Shown here in pieces: positions 27,201-34,913 of a stretch of 37,993 bases of DNA (position 1 is its first letter; each line of letters opens with the position of its first letter). Both the position numbers and the translations under genes were made by a program. Origin of the DNA: Verrucomicrobia bacterium UBA1731. GTDB lineage: Bacteria > Verrucomicrobiota > Kiritimatiellia > RFP12 > UBA1067. The stretch spans positions 21,171 through 59,163 of the forward strand of contig DCIH01000004.1 of assembly GCA_002317575.1 (NCBI GenBank), given 5' to 3'. A model generated the notes under the pieces. The model had not been told where the DNA came from and ran no database searches. It saw only the letters and a program-made list of their open reading frames with translations.

Positions 27201-28704
27201 TTTCCGTCTGCGTCAGCAGTTTGCCGAGGAACCCGGCGAGGCCCTTCATCGTCGATTCGTCGAACACCGTTCCGTCCACGGTTCCGCCTTCGACCGCCTT
27301 TCGGAATCCGTCGAGCGTCTGCTGGATTTCGTTTCCGACCGCTGTGCCGAATTGCCCGGCCTTCGCCGAGAGTTCGTCGATTGCGTTCACGAGGCCCTGC
27401 GTGGTCGCTTCCACGCGCATGATTGCGGGCGGCTTGTTCGCGCGTTCCTTGACGGCGTCCACCGCGTCCTCGGCGTCTTCCGCGTCCGCGTCAACACCGA
27501 GAGTTACTTTGTTGTCGCCCGTTTTTGCAGGCAAGTCGACAGGGCCGATGACGGCGTTCACTTCCACGCCTTCTTCGGCGCGTGCGACGAACGCGTCGAA
27601 TTCCGCCGTGTCGAGCTTCACGCGGCTTTGTACGACGACCTCTTCATTCGGTGCGTCCGTGGCCGTGCGCTCCACCTTTTGCGTGGTCGGGGATGGATCG
27701 GGGAGTTCGTTGGCCGCTCGGCGTTCGACATCTTGCGTGGTCGGCGTGGGCGCGGGTACGTCCGTGGCCGTGCGTTCCACCTCTTGCGTGGTCGTGGCGG
27801 GCGATGGTGCGTCCGTTGCCGTCCGCACCACCTCTTGGGACGCCTTGTCAGGGTCTTCCGGGCCTTCCGCCGTGCGTTCGACCACCTGTTTGGCCTTCGG
27901 CAAGTCCGCCACGTCTCTTTCTTGCGCCCCGTTGTACGTCTTCGGCGCAACGGTTGCGCCACGCCCCTCCACGTTTTGACCGATTTCGGCCTTCACGGGC
28001 GTCACGACGGCCTTTTCGGCCTCCGCCTTGACGGCGTCCACCGCCGCCTCCGCCTTCGACGCGTCCGCTTCCACTTCGATTTTCGCCTTCGCCGGAGCCG
28101 TTGCCTTCGTCGCCTGCGCGCGCGCGTCTGCCGCCTTTGCGATGAACGCTTCGACGGTCGCGGCGAGCGCTTCCGTTTCCGCCTTCACGGACGCGAGGTC
28201 TGTTTCTTCCGTCATGGCGATCTCGGCGTTTAGGTCTGCCCACCCGGTGACGACCTCGTCCAAGTCCAGCCGCGAAGCGTCCGCGAGAGCGCGCGAAATT
28301 CGGCCCACGGACGCGCCCATGCCATCCAGCGCGTCTTTTCCCGTCGCCGCCTTGGAGAGGTTTCTCGCGGCGTCTCGCGCGGCCACGGCGGCGTCCACGA
28401 CGTCCGCCTTCTGCTTTTCTCCGACGATTTCGACGGGCTTGTCGTCACCCGTTCTCTTGACGGCGATCTTGACCTCCTGCGTGTACGACTTCGCCTTGTC
28501 AGCCGCCTCGATCTTTTTCTTGGCGTCCGCGTCGTCGACGACGACCTTCGCCTTCACGGCGACGGCCTTGTCCGCCTCTTTGGCCGCTTCGCCGAGATTC
28601 CTCATGGCCTTTTCGGCTTTCTGCGCGGACTTTGTTGCCGCGTCGACGCCGCTGGTGTCGGCGTCCATCCCGATGTGGAACTTGATTTCGTGTTTTTTGG
28701 CCAT
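24250..28704 (-). CDS. tail tape measure protein (1484 aa)
   Basis: Very long Ala/Glu/Lys-rich helical protein with a central hydrophobic segment ATAIGLAIEGFSKIVEFSKALFFYW. Position lies between the chaperone-like gene and the distal-tail genes. GAGGGGGTG SD. Confidence 0.85.
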   Translation of the reverse strand: MAKKHEIKFHIGMDADTSGVDAATKSAQKAEKAMRNLGEAAKEADKAVAVKAKVVVDDADAKKKIEAADKAKSYTQEVKIAVKRTGDDKPVEIVGEKQKADVVDAAVAARDAARNLSKAATGKDALDGMGASVGRISRALADASRLDLDEVVTGWADLNAEIAMTEETDLASVKAETEALAATVEAFIAKAADARAQATKATAPAKAKIEVEADASKAEAAVDAVKAEAEKAVVTPVKAEIGQNVEGRGATVAPKTYNGAQERDVADLPKAKQVVERTAEGPEDPDKASQEVVRTATDAPSPATTTQEVERTATDVPAPTPTTQDVERRAANELPDPSPTTQKVERTATDAPNEEVVVQSRVKLDTAEFDAFVARAEEGVEVNAVIGPVDLPAKTGDNKVTLGVDADAEDAEDAVDAVKERANKPPAIMRVEATTQGLVNAIDELSAKAGQFGTAVGNEIQQTLDGFRKAVEGGTVDGTVFDESTMKGLAGFLGKLLTQTENIKPDGLVRINKEIKKVGAAYEEFSDAVQDALKIKLSVEATGIDKMELLNERIEKIKSARGLEEGITRMSAALKNVDPSKAKEANGHLSRMKELLSGELNAQSLAKINEENDKLRKSMQGMSAKEMEKFGPVLQDIDKSVSNLRQNVDSAGESLRRGFDPNEIPTQIVNGDVNGLITSLFRLAAGARITGTALKNMLKATAIGLAIEGFSKIVEFSKALFFYWSGIERKVETELNQIEALGQATESANSILAKRMEIYDRNAEMAKKELEIEKEQADAVRATEKAQRDLMKTRAAMSAVSANERFYAEQNAKEADDQSNYEEQTQALDVEARRNAVETKNAEDKLKAAKEALAKAQELGKQITDAQNQYADFGYFGEAASQWGLNAGEKGLKQLTEKADENNKAIESAAQTIKALEGVIVGGEKLTKGQLDVLAEERKTIEERRRTVDAQKKATDEENRLARVEQARSMRMAKYNRDEQIAREEYDINEQQRQYAREQANEEAGYAMKAEDAKKEVARWQTEENDEDATVKEIRAKYADKIGKAADDEYNRLYWKKQEAEKAMSSGSATEEEKAKLAEEIASITVEMQKVKDTTKTLAELNKKDADITAKFQSGSMGESEQRALLEEQMKVQDRIAEIEAKYYKEMSDVDAQRLSNAINYRNAARSQRFAAQSAQKALERELRRAEEDRLHAVEKERKDYEREAKYNAETDEGRRAMDERMQAEYSRIYNDLDEKIRASNEGRGPKMTRDEQYQAERQRQEAYDYMTGARGRLAQDDLRRRDVKMENEQRTHQYKMADEEFERDQRRKRASYEGRMAIEHEQLARGRREYADSDVLIRAQENGGKLNLTRQQRAEYEARVNANPMDEAAKRIIQVANGAKIGVEELAVLKRTRDESRIRIESARSAIADMKYEGDEKELAYREKLKPQNRLTQMGLGGNVSSWGTKTAENTKSLVGITRQMLSAMTKQNPEGGRRAGTVRWSR
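27640..27888 (-). repeat. five tandem units of about 17 aa (Q-E/D-V-E-R-T-A-T-D-x-P-x-P-x-T-T) in the tape measure
   Basis: QVVERTAEGPEDPDKAS / QEVVRTATDAPSPATTT / QEVERTATDVPAPTPTT / QDVERRAANELPDPSPTT / QKVERTATDAPNEE. Confidence 0.7.
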
Positions 28705-28708
28705 GCCG

Positions 28709-29263
28709 TCACCCCCTCATGGCGCGCATCCGTTCGATCACGCGCTTCTCGAAATAGTCCATCACGCTCTCGCCGCCGTTCCTTTGTCTCGCGCACGCGA
28801 TGATGGCTCCCGCGCGGCAGAGCGGCGTTTCCAGCGCCTGCTCCAAATCAATCGAATGCTCGGCGGCGATGCACTCGGCGATTTCCAGAGGCCATCCGAA
28901 CCCGCGTTCGATGCCGAGGTTGATTTCGTTTTTTTCCGTCTTTCCGGCGACGAAGGACGCGAACCCCTCTTCCACGAGGGCGTTCACGACCGGGAACGCC
29001 TTGTCTTCCGTCACGGCGTTGTCCTTGAGCCATCGCGCCATCGCGCGCGCCCCGTTTCCGTTGACGGCCTTCGCGCATCCCCTGCCGTCGAGGGACATCA
29101 CCCACGCCGCGAGGAGCGCCTGCTCCCTCGGTATTCGGCGGGACAATTCCACGCCAAGCGCCTCGAGCGCCGCCGCGTGGTAGATGGTCGTCGGCCCGAT
29201 CTCGGTTCTGCCGAGCCGGGCCGACGACGGGAAGACCGCCGATATGGTCTCGATGGGCAACAT
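28709..29263 (-). CDS. putative tail assembly chaperone, called by position (184 aa)
   Basis: Lies between the tube gene and the tape measure, 5 nt from the tape-measure start. No frameshift partner frame was seen. Confidence 0.3.
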   Translation of the reverse strand: MLPIETISAVFPSSARLGRTEIGPTTIYHAAALEALGVELSRRIPREQALLAAWVMSLDGRGCAKAVNGNGARAMARWLKDNAVTEDKAFPVVNALVEEGFASFVAGKTEKNEINLGIERGFGWPLEIAECIAAEHSIDLEQALETPLCRAGAIIACARQRNGGESVMDYFEKRVIERMRAMRG

Positions 29264-29281
29264 CGGCGCGCCTTCCGATCA

Positions 29282-29731
29282 TCACTCGGACGCCTGGTCG
29301 ATGGCCGGGTATTCGCGCAGGGTCGAGCTCACCTTCGTGATGTCCTCGTTGGAGTACGTCACGTTGATGGACTCGAGACGCCACACGACGTTCGTGGGCA
29401 GGGCTTCGATGCCCGTGAGAGAGCAGGACTGGCCCTTTTCGATGGCGCTGATGTCCACCGTGGTCGCGGACATCGTGGAGCCGGACGGATCCATCGAGGT
29501 CGAGAGGGCGATGAAACCGTCGACGCTGATCTGCCGATATGTGTACGGCGAGGCGAGGGTCACGACCTGTCCGTTCGCGCCCTTGTACTCGTTGAGTTCT
29601 CCCTCTTTGGACATGGAGATGCTCGTTGGGATGATCGTGACGTTCGTGCCGATGGTGATCTGCGCGGTAGCGGTGTCGGCGATGCCGAACGCGGGCTTGA
29701 TACCATAGGCCGTGTTGTGCTTGTATGCCAT
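29282..29731 (-). CDS. putative major tail (tube) protein (149 aa)
   Basis: Small beta-rich Thr/Ser/Ile-rich protein directly upstream of the chaperone and tape measure. No sheath gene nearby. Confidence 0.45.
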   Translation of the reverse strand: MAYKHNTAYGIKPAFGIADTATAQITIGTNVTIIPTSISMSKEGELNEYKGANGQVVTLASPYTYRQISVDGFIALSTSMDPSGSTMSATTVDISAIEKGQSCSLTGIEALPTNVVWRLESINVTYSNEDITKVSSTLREYPAIDQASE

Positions 29732-29758
29732 TTTATTGCCTTTCTTTGTTCTGTTTCG

Positions 29759-30202
29759 TTACCCGCGAAGCGAACACTCGCCCGCGAAATTCATGCGCAT
29801 CACGTTGATGCCGTCCACGTCGTCCCGGTTCATCCCCGAAAAACGGAGAGGCCCGTTGACGGTTTCCCAAAGCGACCAGTGCAGGCACGTCGCCAAATGC
29901 TCGGCTGCGTTCTGCGCCGTCAGCCCTTCGCTCTCGCTTCGGTTGAGCGACGGGTTCTCGAGGATTCGGATTTCGATGGCGACCGTACCCGTCAGCACCG
30001 CGCCGGAATCTCCGCGCCTGTCGAAGCCCGTCACTGCGACGACGATCTGCAGTCCCGACTCGGCGAGGCCGAGTTCGATTTCAGTTCGTATGTCCGCATT
30101 GTCTTCGACGATGACGGCCATTTTCCCCGACTCGCGCAGATACTCGTCTTCGCGTATGCCTTCGGCGATCTCTTCAGCCACGTGTCTCAGCGTCATTCGC
30201 AT
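29759..30202 (-). CDS. putative tail terminator / tail completion protein (147 aa)
   Basis: Position immediately upstream of the tube gene, and size. No motif recognised. Confidence 0.35.
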   Translation of the reverse strand: MRMTLRHVAEEIAEGIREDEYLRESGKMAVIVEDNADIRTEIELGLAESGLQIVVAVTGFDRRGDSGAVLTGTVAIEIRILENPSLNRSESEGLTAQNAAEHLATCLHWSLWETVNGPLRFSGMNRDDVDGINVMRMNFAGECSLRG

Positions 30203-30229
30203 GGTTTCATTCTTTCCAAGTTCGCCGCG

Positions 30230-31360
30230 TCAGTCATTCCGCGCGGAATTCGCCGATTTCGCCCCCGTCGCCTCTTCCAGCGCGCGTAGGTTCGATTCGA
30301 TTCGCATTCTGTCTTCTACGTTTTCGGCTCGCGCCAACGCCTCGCGCTCCGCTTTGACGGCCTCCCCGGCGACGCCGAGCTTCAGCAGGGCGTTTGCGAG
30401 CGTTTCCCACGGCCACGGGCCGTAATCGCGCGTGTTGGTTTGGTATTCCGTGTTTCGGTTTTCGGTCATGAGGCACAGGCGTCCGGCGAGGACGACGCCC
30501 TGCCAGCGCTCTTGGCTTGTGAGCAAGTCCATCATCTCGCAGGCGGGCGTGCGGTACGTCGGGTCGAGGCAGATCGCGCGCCACAGCCACAGCTCCATGC
30601 CGTCCAAGTCGCCGCGTTCGCCGTGGCAACGTGCGACCATGTACAGGGCGTCCGCCTTCTGCGGCGTCCATCGGCTCTTCGGGTTGTCGACGAAATCCAA
30701 GAGGACGCTCTCTGCTTTGGCGTAATCCTTGCGCGCCCAAAGTTCGCGCCCGTAGATGAATTGGCAATGAGGAGACGTCGGGTGTTCGTCGAGCGCGAGT
30801 TCCATGAGGTCGCCGTAGTATGAGCGCCCCTTTTCGGGATCGGGGTGGTGTTCGAGGACGAGATGGCCGTAGAGGTTGCAGTATCCGTTCTCTGCGATGC
30901 CCTCGAGGTATTCGTGGACGGGGTATTTCCATCGGCCTTTCCCGGCTCGGTGTATTTTGTTGTAGGTGAATCCGATGTCGGCCCCGTCCGCCTTCGTGGC
31001 GATCATCCATTTGTATCGGTAGAGCACGACGTCCGCCTTCGTGTCGGCGACCGCCTTCTCGAGGATTTCGCGCCACCCGTCGTCGGCGAACTTTTCGTCG
31101 AGATCCGTGCAGACGAACCAGTCGGCGTCCGGGTGAATCGCGCGCGCGTAATCGAGCGACGCGTTGCGCGCCACGTCGAAACGCCACGGCTCGATCTTCG
31201 CGCACGAGACGTCGGCTCCGCGCTCGCGGAGTTTTTCTGCGGTTCCGTCCGTAGATCCCGTGTCGAGGACGACGACGGCGTCCGCCTTGCCCATCGAATC
31301 CATCCATGCGTCCACGAACTTCGCCTCGTTTTTGGCGATGGCGTACACCACGATTTTCAC
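30230..31360 (-). CDS. family-2 (GT-A fold) glycosyltransferase with C-terminal TPR-like repeats (376 aa, GTG start)
   Basis: IVVYAIAKNEAKFV, VVVLDTGSTDGT and a DXD-like FVCTDLDE motif. C-terminal helical repeats (YAKAESVLLDFV...YMVARCHGERGDLDGMELWLWRAICLDP). GTG 31360 behind CTAAAAAAGGAGAACGCAAC. Confidence 0.7.
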   Translation of the reverse strand: MKIVVYAIAKNEAKFVDAWMDSMGKADAVVVLDTGSTDGTAEKLRERGADVSCAKIEPWRFDVARNASLDYARAIHPDADWFVCTDLDEKFADDGWREILEKAVADTKADVVLYRYKWMIATKADGADIGFTYNKIHRAGKGRWKYPVHEYLEGIAENGYCNLYGHLVLEHHPDPEKGRSYYGDLMELALDEHPTSPHCQFIYGRELWARKDYAKAESVLLDFVDNPKSRWTPQKADALYMVARCHGERGDLDGMELWLWRAICLDPTYRTPACEMMDLLTSQERWQGVVLAGRLCLMTENRNTEYQTNTRDYGPWPWETLANALLKLGVAGEAVKAEREALARAENVEDRMRIESNLRALEEATGAKSANSARND

Positions 31361-31400
31361 GTTGCGTTCTCCTTTTTTAGGTTGTCGGTCTTTGTTTCGG

Positions 31401-32066
31401 TCAAAACTGGAACAGGACGTCGTCGAACGCCTGAGACGCCCACGCGCCGAATCGCTCGCGCGTCGGAAGGAGACCCTCGTCTTTCGGGAGGACGGTCTTC
31501 TTCACGAGAAGGTAGAGCGGGCGGAGCTTTCCTCCGTCGTTTTCCGCGAGGACGCGTCCGGCCCGGAAGATGGAGTGCCCTTCGCGTCGCAGTTCTCCGG
31601 CGCGCCGTGCGTACGAGATTTTGTCGATTGGGATCGTGAGCGCCTTCGCGCGCTTAGGTCGTATGGTCACGGGGCCGAAGGCGCGGACGAGAGACGGCGT
31701 GTTTCCGATAACCACGTCGACGCCGTTCTCGGTTGCGTTGCGCACCTCGGTGAAACCCTCGCCGCCGTCGGGACGCCTTTTCGATCCGGCTCGCATCTGC
31801 CCGCGTCCGGGCGCGAACTCGAGGAACCCGGTGTGCATCGCGCCGAGTCTGTCTGCCGTCTTGTGGCGCGCCGTCGACGCCTCGGCCACGTGGTCGGCGA
31901 GGCGCTCCCGGCAGAACACGCCGACCTTGCGCACCACGGATCGTATGCGGGCGGTCGAGAGCACGCCTTCCAGCTCTTTCTTGAGCTGGACGGCTCCCTG
32001 CGCGCGAATTTCAACGGTGACGGCCATGAAATGGCCGCGCGGGTCAAACGAACGGGATTGCGCCAT
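31401..32066 (-). CDS. putative head-tail joining / virion morphogenesis protein (221 aa)
   Basis: Position between the head-associated genes and the tail completion genes. GGAG SD. No firm motif. Confidence 0.3.
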   Translation of the reverse strand: MAQSRSFDPRGHFMAVTVEIRAQGAVQLKKELEGVLSTARIRSVVRKVGVFCRERLADHVAEASTARHKTADRLGAMHTGFLEFAPGRGQMRAGSKRRPDGGEGFTEVRNATENGVDVVIGNTPSLVRAFGPVTIRPKRAKALTIPIDKISYARRAGELRREGHSIFRAGRVLAENDGGKLRPLYLLVKKTVLPKDEGLLPTRERFGAWASQAFDDVLFQF

Positions 32067-32130
32067 CGTCTCCGGCGTGGTATTTTGTGCGTGGTTTACC
32101 CGCTCGGCACATTGCGTGGAGGTACTGACA

Positions 32131-32412
32131 ATGGAAAACGTTGAACCTGTCGATTATTCGTCCGTCGAAGAACTTGACGCGAAGCTGAACGAGCTTGGCG
32201 CGTGCCGATTCCAGTTGCAGGACGGGACGTCATACGGCGTCGAGCGCCGCGAGGACGGACTCGTTTGGGTCTACGAGGAAATCGAATCCGACGAATGGCG
32301 TGAAGAATCTTTCCCGTCTTTCGGTCAGGCCGTGTCGCTTTTCTTGGTCGGCGGGAAGTCCCTCATGGAGCTTTCGGGCGGCGTCGTGTTGCCGCCGTTC
32401 ACGATCCGCTGA
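32131..32412 (+). CDS. small acidic protein (93 aa), the only credible plus-strand gene; candidate immunity/moron gene
   Basis: ATG 32131 preceded by GTGGAGGTACTGACA (GGAGG, 9-nt spacing). Protein-like sequence MENVEPVDYSSVEELDAKLNELGACRFQLQDGTSYGVERREDGLVWVYEEIESDEWREESF.... Its 3' end overlaps the MuF-toxin gene tail to tail by 14 nt. Confidence 0.6.
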   Translation: MENVEPVDYSSVEELDAKLNELGACRFQLQDGTSYGVERREDGLVWVYEEIESDEWREESFPSFGQAVSLFLVGGKSLMELSGGVVLPPFTIR

Positions 32413-34879
32413 CGTCGCTTTCCGTCTCGGTTCCGTCCGACGCCGATTCCGCATCCGGGACTGCCGAGCAGGCGAGTCGTATGCGGTCGCTGAACTCTTG
32501 GTCATCCGTTCGAAGGAACAGGTTGAACACCTGCGCGACGCGTCCTTTCTTCGTCGCCCTGTCCCACGGCTCGTATGGTTCTTTCCCGTCTTGCGGATCG
32601 TAGAACACAGTCTTGCCGTTTTCCTGCCGGGCGCGGAATGCGTGAGCTCCGCCGTCCCGCCACGAGATGCCGATCTCGCAACGCGCGCCGTCGCCCCATT
32701 CGGCCATCTTGTCCACGATGTCCTGTCGGCTCTTCCACGGCATGGCCTTGTCCGGCTCCTTGTAAAGCGGGAACATATAGCGCTTCGTCCCGTACTTGAG
32801 CCCGCGCCATATCACGTCCGCGTTCTTCGCCGTTCCGTTCGGGTTGACCTCACAAGGCAACGCCTCGACCTTCCATCCGCGCGCACGCGCTTCGTCCGCG
32901 CCGACGCACCGCTGGCAGTTGCTGTGGAATCGGGCGCCTTGGTTCGGCTTGGAGTAGTTCGGGTTCGTCTTCTCCATCGGCAGATCCTCTTTCGAGTGCT
33001 TCGCGCCGATGACGGACATGGCCGTCGCCGTTTTCTTCTCGAGGTCTGTGACGGGCTTCCACGCCGACTTTGCGTCCGCCTTCGCGGCGAGCTCCCATTC
33101 CCGGATCGCCCGCGCGGCGGCGGCGGCGCTTTCTGCGACGGCCACGGCCCTGCGCTTCGACGATTCCGCGAGCTTGCGGCAGGCGTCCACGCTCCCGGTG
33201 TCGACGGACGTCTTGAAAATGACGCGGGAGAGCTTCGCGGACTTTTCGGCGGATTCGAGCCGCGCGACCGCCTCTTCGGCTACGGTGTCGTCCGCCGTCG
33301 CGCCTTCCCAGCGCGCTTTCGCCTCGTCGAGCAGTTTTCTCGCCTTCGCCGCCGGATCTGCGAACGCCGCTTTCAGCGCATCGTCCACTTCGTCGGCGAG
33401 ATCTGCGATTTCGTTGTCCGCGAACACTTCGATGGCGAGGCGGGAGTCCTTTTCCGCTTCGCCGAACGCGTCTGCCATCGCCTTGGCGTCTTCAGCTTCC
33501 TTTGCTGCGCGCCGCGCGACGCTTTCCGCCGCCATCACCATCAGCTTCATCTTGCCGTCGAACCGACCCTGCGCGTTTTCGTCTTGCGGGTTCTCGGCCT
33601 TGTCCACGGCCTGCGCGTAGCCGACGAGCCGCTCCGCCTCGCCGCGCACGGTTTTCGCGCCTTCGCGCAACGCCTCGAGCGCACCGCGCATCCGTCCGAG
33701 CGCCGCTTCGACTTCCGCGTCTTCTATCCCCTTCGCCAACGATTCCGCAGTCTTTGCGTCCGCTTCCGCCTTGCGCACCAGACCGTCCGCCGCTTCGGCG
33801 GAGGCGTCCACGGACGCTCTCGCCTCTCCTATCTTGGAGAGGGCTTCCGTCTTCGATGACAAGTCCGGCGCGAACGCGGCGGCTTCCGTCGGGATCGCGG
33901 TCGTTTCCTCCGGGGGCGTTTCAGCAGTTGGAGCTTCAGCCGACGCCCGCCCTTCGCTAGAAACCTCCGGCTCCGGCTGGAGTTTGTACGGCGTTTGCGT
34001 TCCCGGCTCGAAATCGCGGCGGTCGCCGTCGCCGTAGAGGCGCTTTTTGAGTTCGCGCAGTTTCGCCTTTTCCTCTTCCGTGTATTCGTCGCGGAGCATT
34101 TTCTTGCCGGACGCCTTTGCCTTCGCGGCCACCTCGCGCCCGAAATCCTCGAGGCCGTCGGGCTTCCCCTCCTGTTTGCACATGGCCTTCCACTCGCACC
34201 CGTCGACGTTCACCCACGCCATGCCGCTACCGAACGCGAACGGCGGGTACGGAGATCCGAGCGCGTCGTCGTATCCGCCGACGCCGTCGCCGACGGCCTG
34301 CCAAATCGGGGAGTTCTTTAGGGCGACCATGCGCCGCTTGAGAGCGCCAGCCCATCCGACGGATTCGCCCGCCGCCTTCCACCGTGCGGCCCAGTCGCCC
34401 CTCGGTTTTTTGCGAGCCCCGGTGCGCGTGAGCTTCCACGCCGGGAGGGCCATGAGGACGTCGGGGTCTTCCTCGCCAACGGCCATCTGCCCCATCGACC
34501 GCGCCTGCTTGACGTTGGTGTCGATGATGAGCTGGATGCGTCGTGAGGACGAGAGGTCTGTCGTAGATCCGGGCGTCGCGGGAGGAGTACGTCCGTCACC
34601 GAACCCGGTTTGCGGCGTGTATCCGAGCTGGTGGAGGACTCCTTGGAGCTTCGCCTCGGCCACGGACGGGATGACGCGTCGGCTCGCCACGTCAGCGAGC
34701 GTCCGCTTCACCATGTCGAGGTATGCGCGCGAAGTCGTCCGCGCGGAGAAGAGCGCCTGTTGCTTGATTCGCTCGTCCCATTCCGATCCGATGGCACGCG
34801 AGGACAGTTCCGTCGGCCTCGGCTGGAGCCGGACGAGACGCTTTTCGCTCGCGCTTTCGGGCTTTTGTGCCTGCGGCAT
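32399..34879 (-). CDS. MuF/SPP1-gp7-like minor head domain protein with long helical linker and C-terminal papain-fold toxin-like (Tox-PL1/glutamine-deamidase-like) domain (826 aa)
   Basis: N-terminal RIQLIIDTNVKQARSMGQ...WKLTRTGARKKPRGDW...SPYPPFAFGSGMAW resembles Phage_Mu_F. The C-terminal NPNYSKPN...HSNC655QRC...WRDGGAH746AF...VFYD761PQDG gives a Cys/His/Asp order typical of papain-fold toxin domains. GGGAGGGGAAAGGGA SD. Confidence 0.55.
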   Translation of the reverse strand: MPQAQKPESASEKRLVRLQPRPTELSSRAIGSEWDERIKQQALFSARTTSRAYLDMVKRTLADVASRRVIPSVAEAKLQGVLHQLGYTPQTGFGDGRTPPATPGSTTDLSSSRRIQLIIDTNVKQARSMGQMAVGEEDPDVLMALPAWKLTRTGARKKPRGDWAARWKAAGESVGWAGALKRRMVALKNSPIWQAVGDGVGGYDDALGSPYPPFAFGSGMAWVNVDGCEWKAMCKQEGKPDGLEDFGREVAAKAKASGKKMLRDEYTEEEKAKLRELKKRLYGDGDRRDFEPGTQTPYKLQPEPEVSSEGRASAEAPTAETPPEETTAIPTEAAAFAPDLSSKTEALSKIGEARASVDASAEAADGLVRKAEADAKTAESLAKGIEDAEVEAALGRMRGALEALREGAKTVRGEAERLVGYAQAVDKAENPQDENAQGRFDGKMKLMVMAAESVARRAAKEAEDAKAMADAFGEAEKDSRLAIEVFADNEIADLADEVDDALKAAFADPAAKARKLLDEAKARWEGATADDTVAEEAVARLESAEKSAKLSRVIFKTSVDTGSVDACRKLAESSKRRAVAVAESAAAAARAIREWELAAKADAKSAWKPVTDLEKKTATAMSVIGAKHSKEDLPMEKTNPNYSKPNQGARFHSNCQRCVGADEARARGWKVEALPCEVNPNGTAKNADVIWRGLKYGTKRYMFPLYKEPDKAMPWKSRQDIVDKMAEWGDGARCEIGISWRDGGAHAFRARQENGKTVFYDPQDGKEPYEPWDRATKKGRVAQVFNLFLRTDDQEFSDRIRLACSAVPDAESASDGTETESDVSGS

Positions 34880-34913
34880 TCCCTTTCCCCTCCCGTTTCG
34901 GTTCAGTGAGCCG

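Noticed and set aside
28709-29263. Canonical G/GT-type frameshifted tail chaperone pair upstream of the tape measure.
   Set aside because: Only one protein-like frame exists here. The overlapping alternative-frame ORF (28848..29384) is Arg-rich shadow sequence, and I saw no convincing slippery heptamer.
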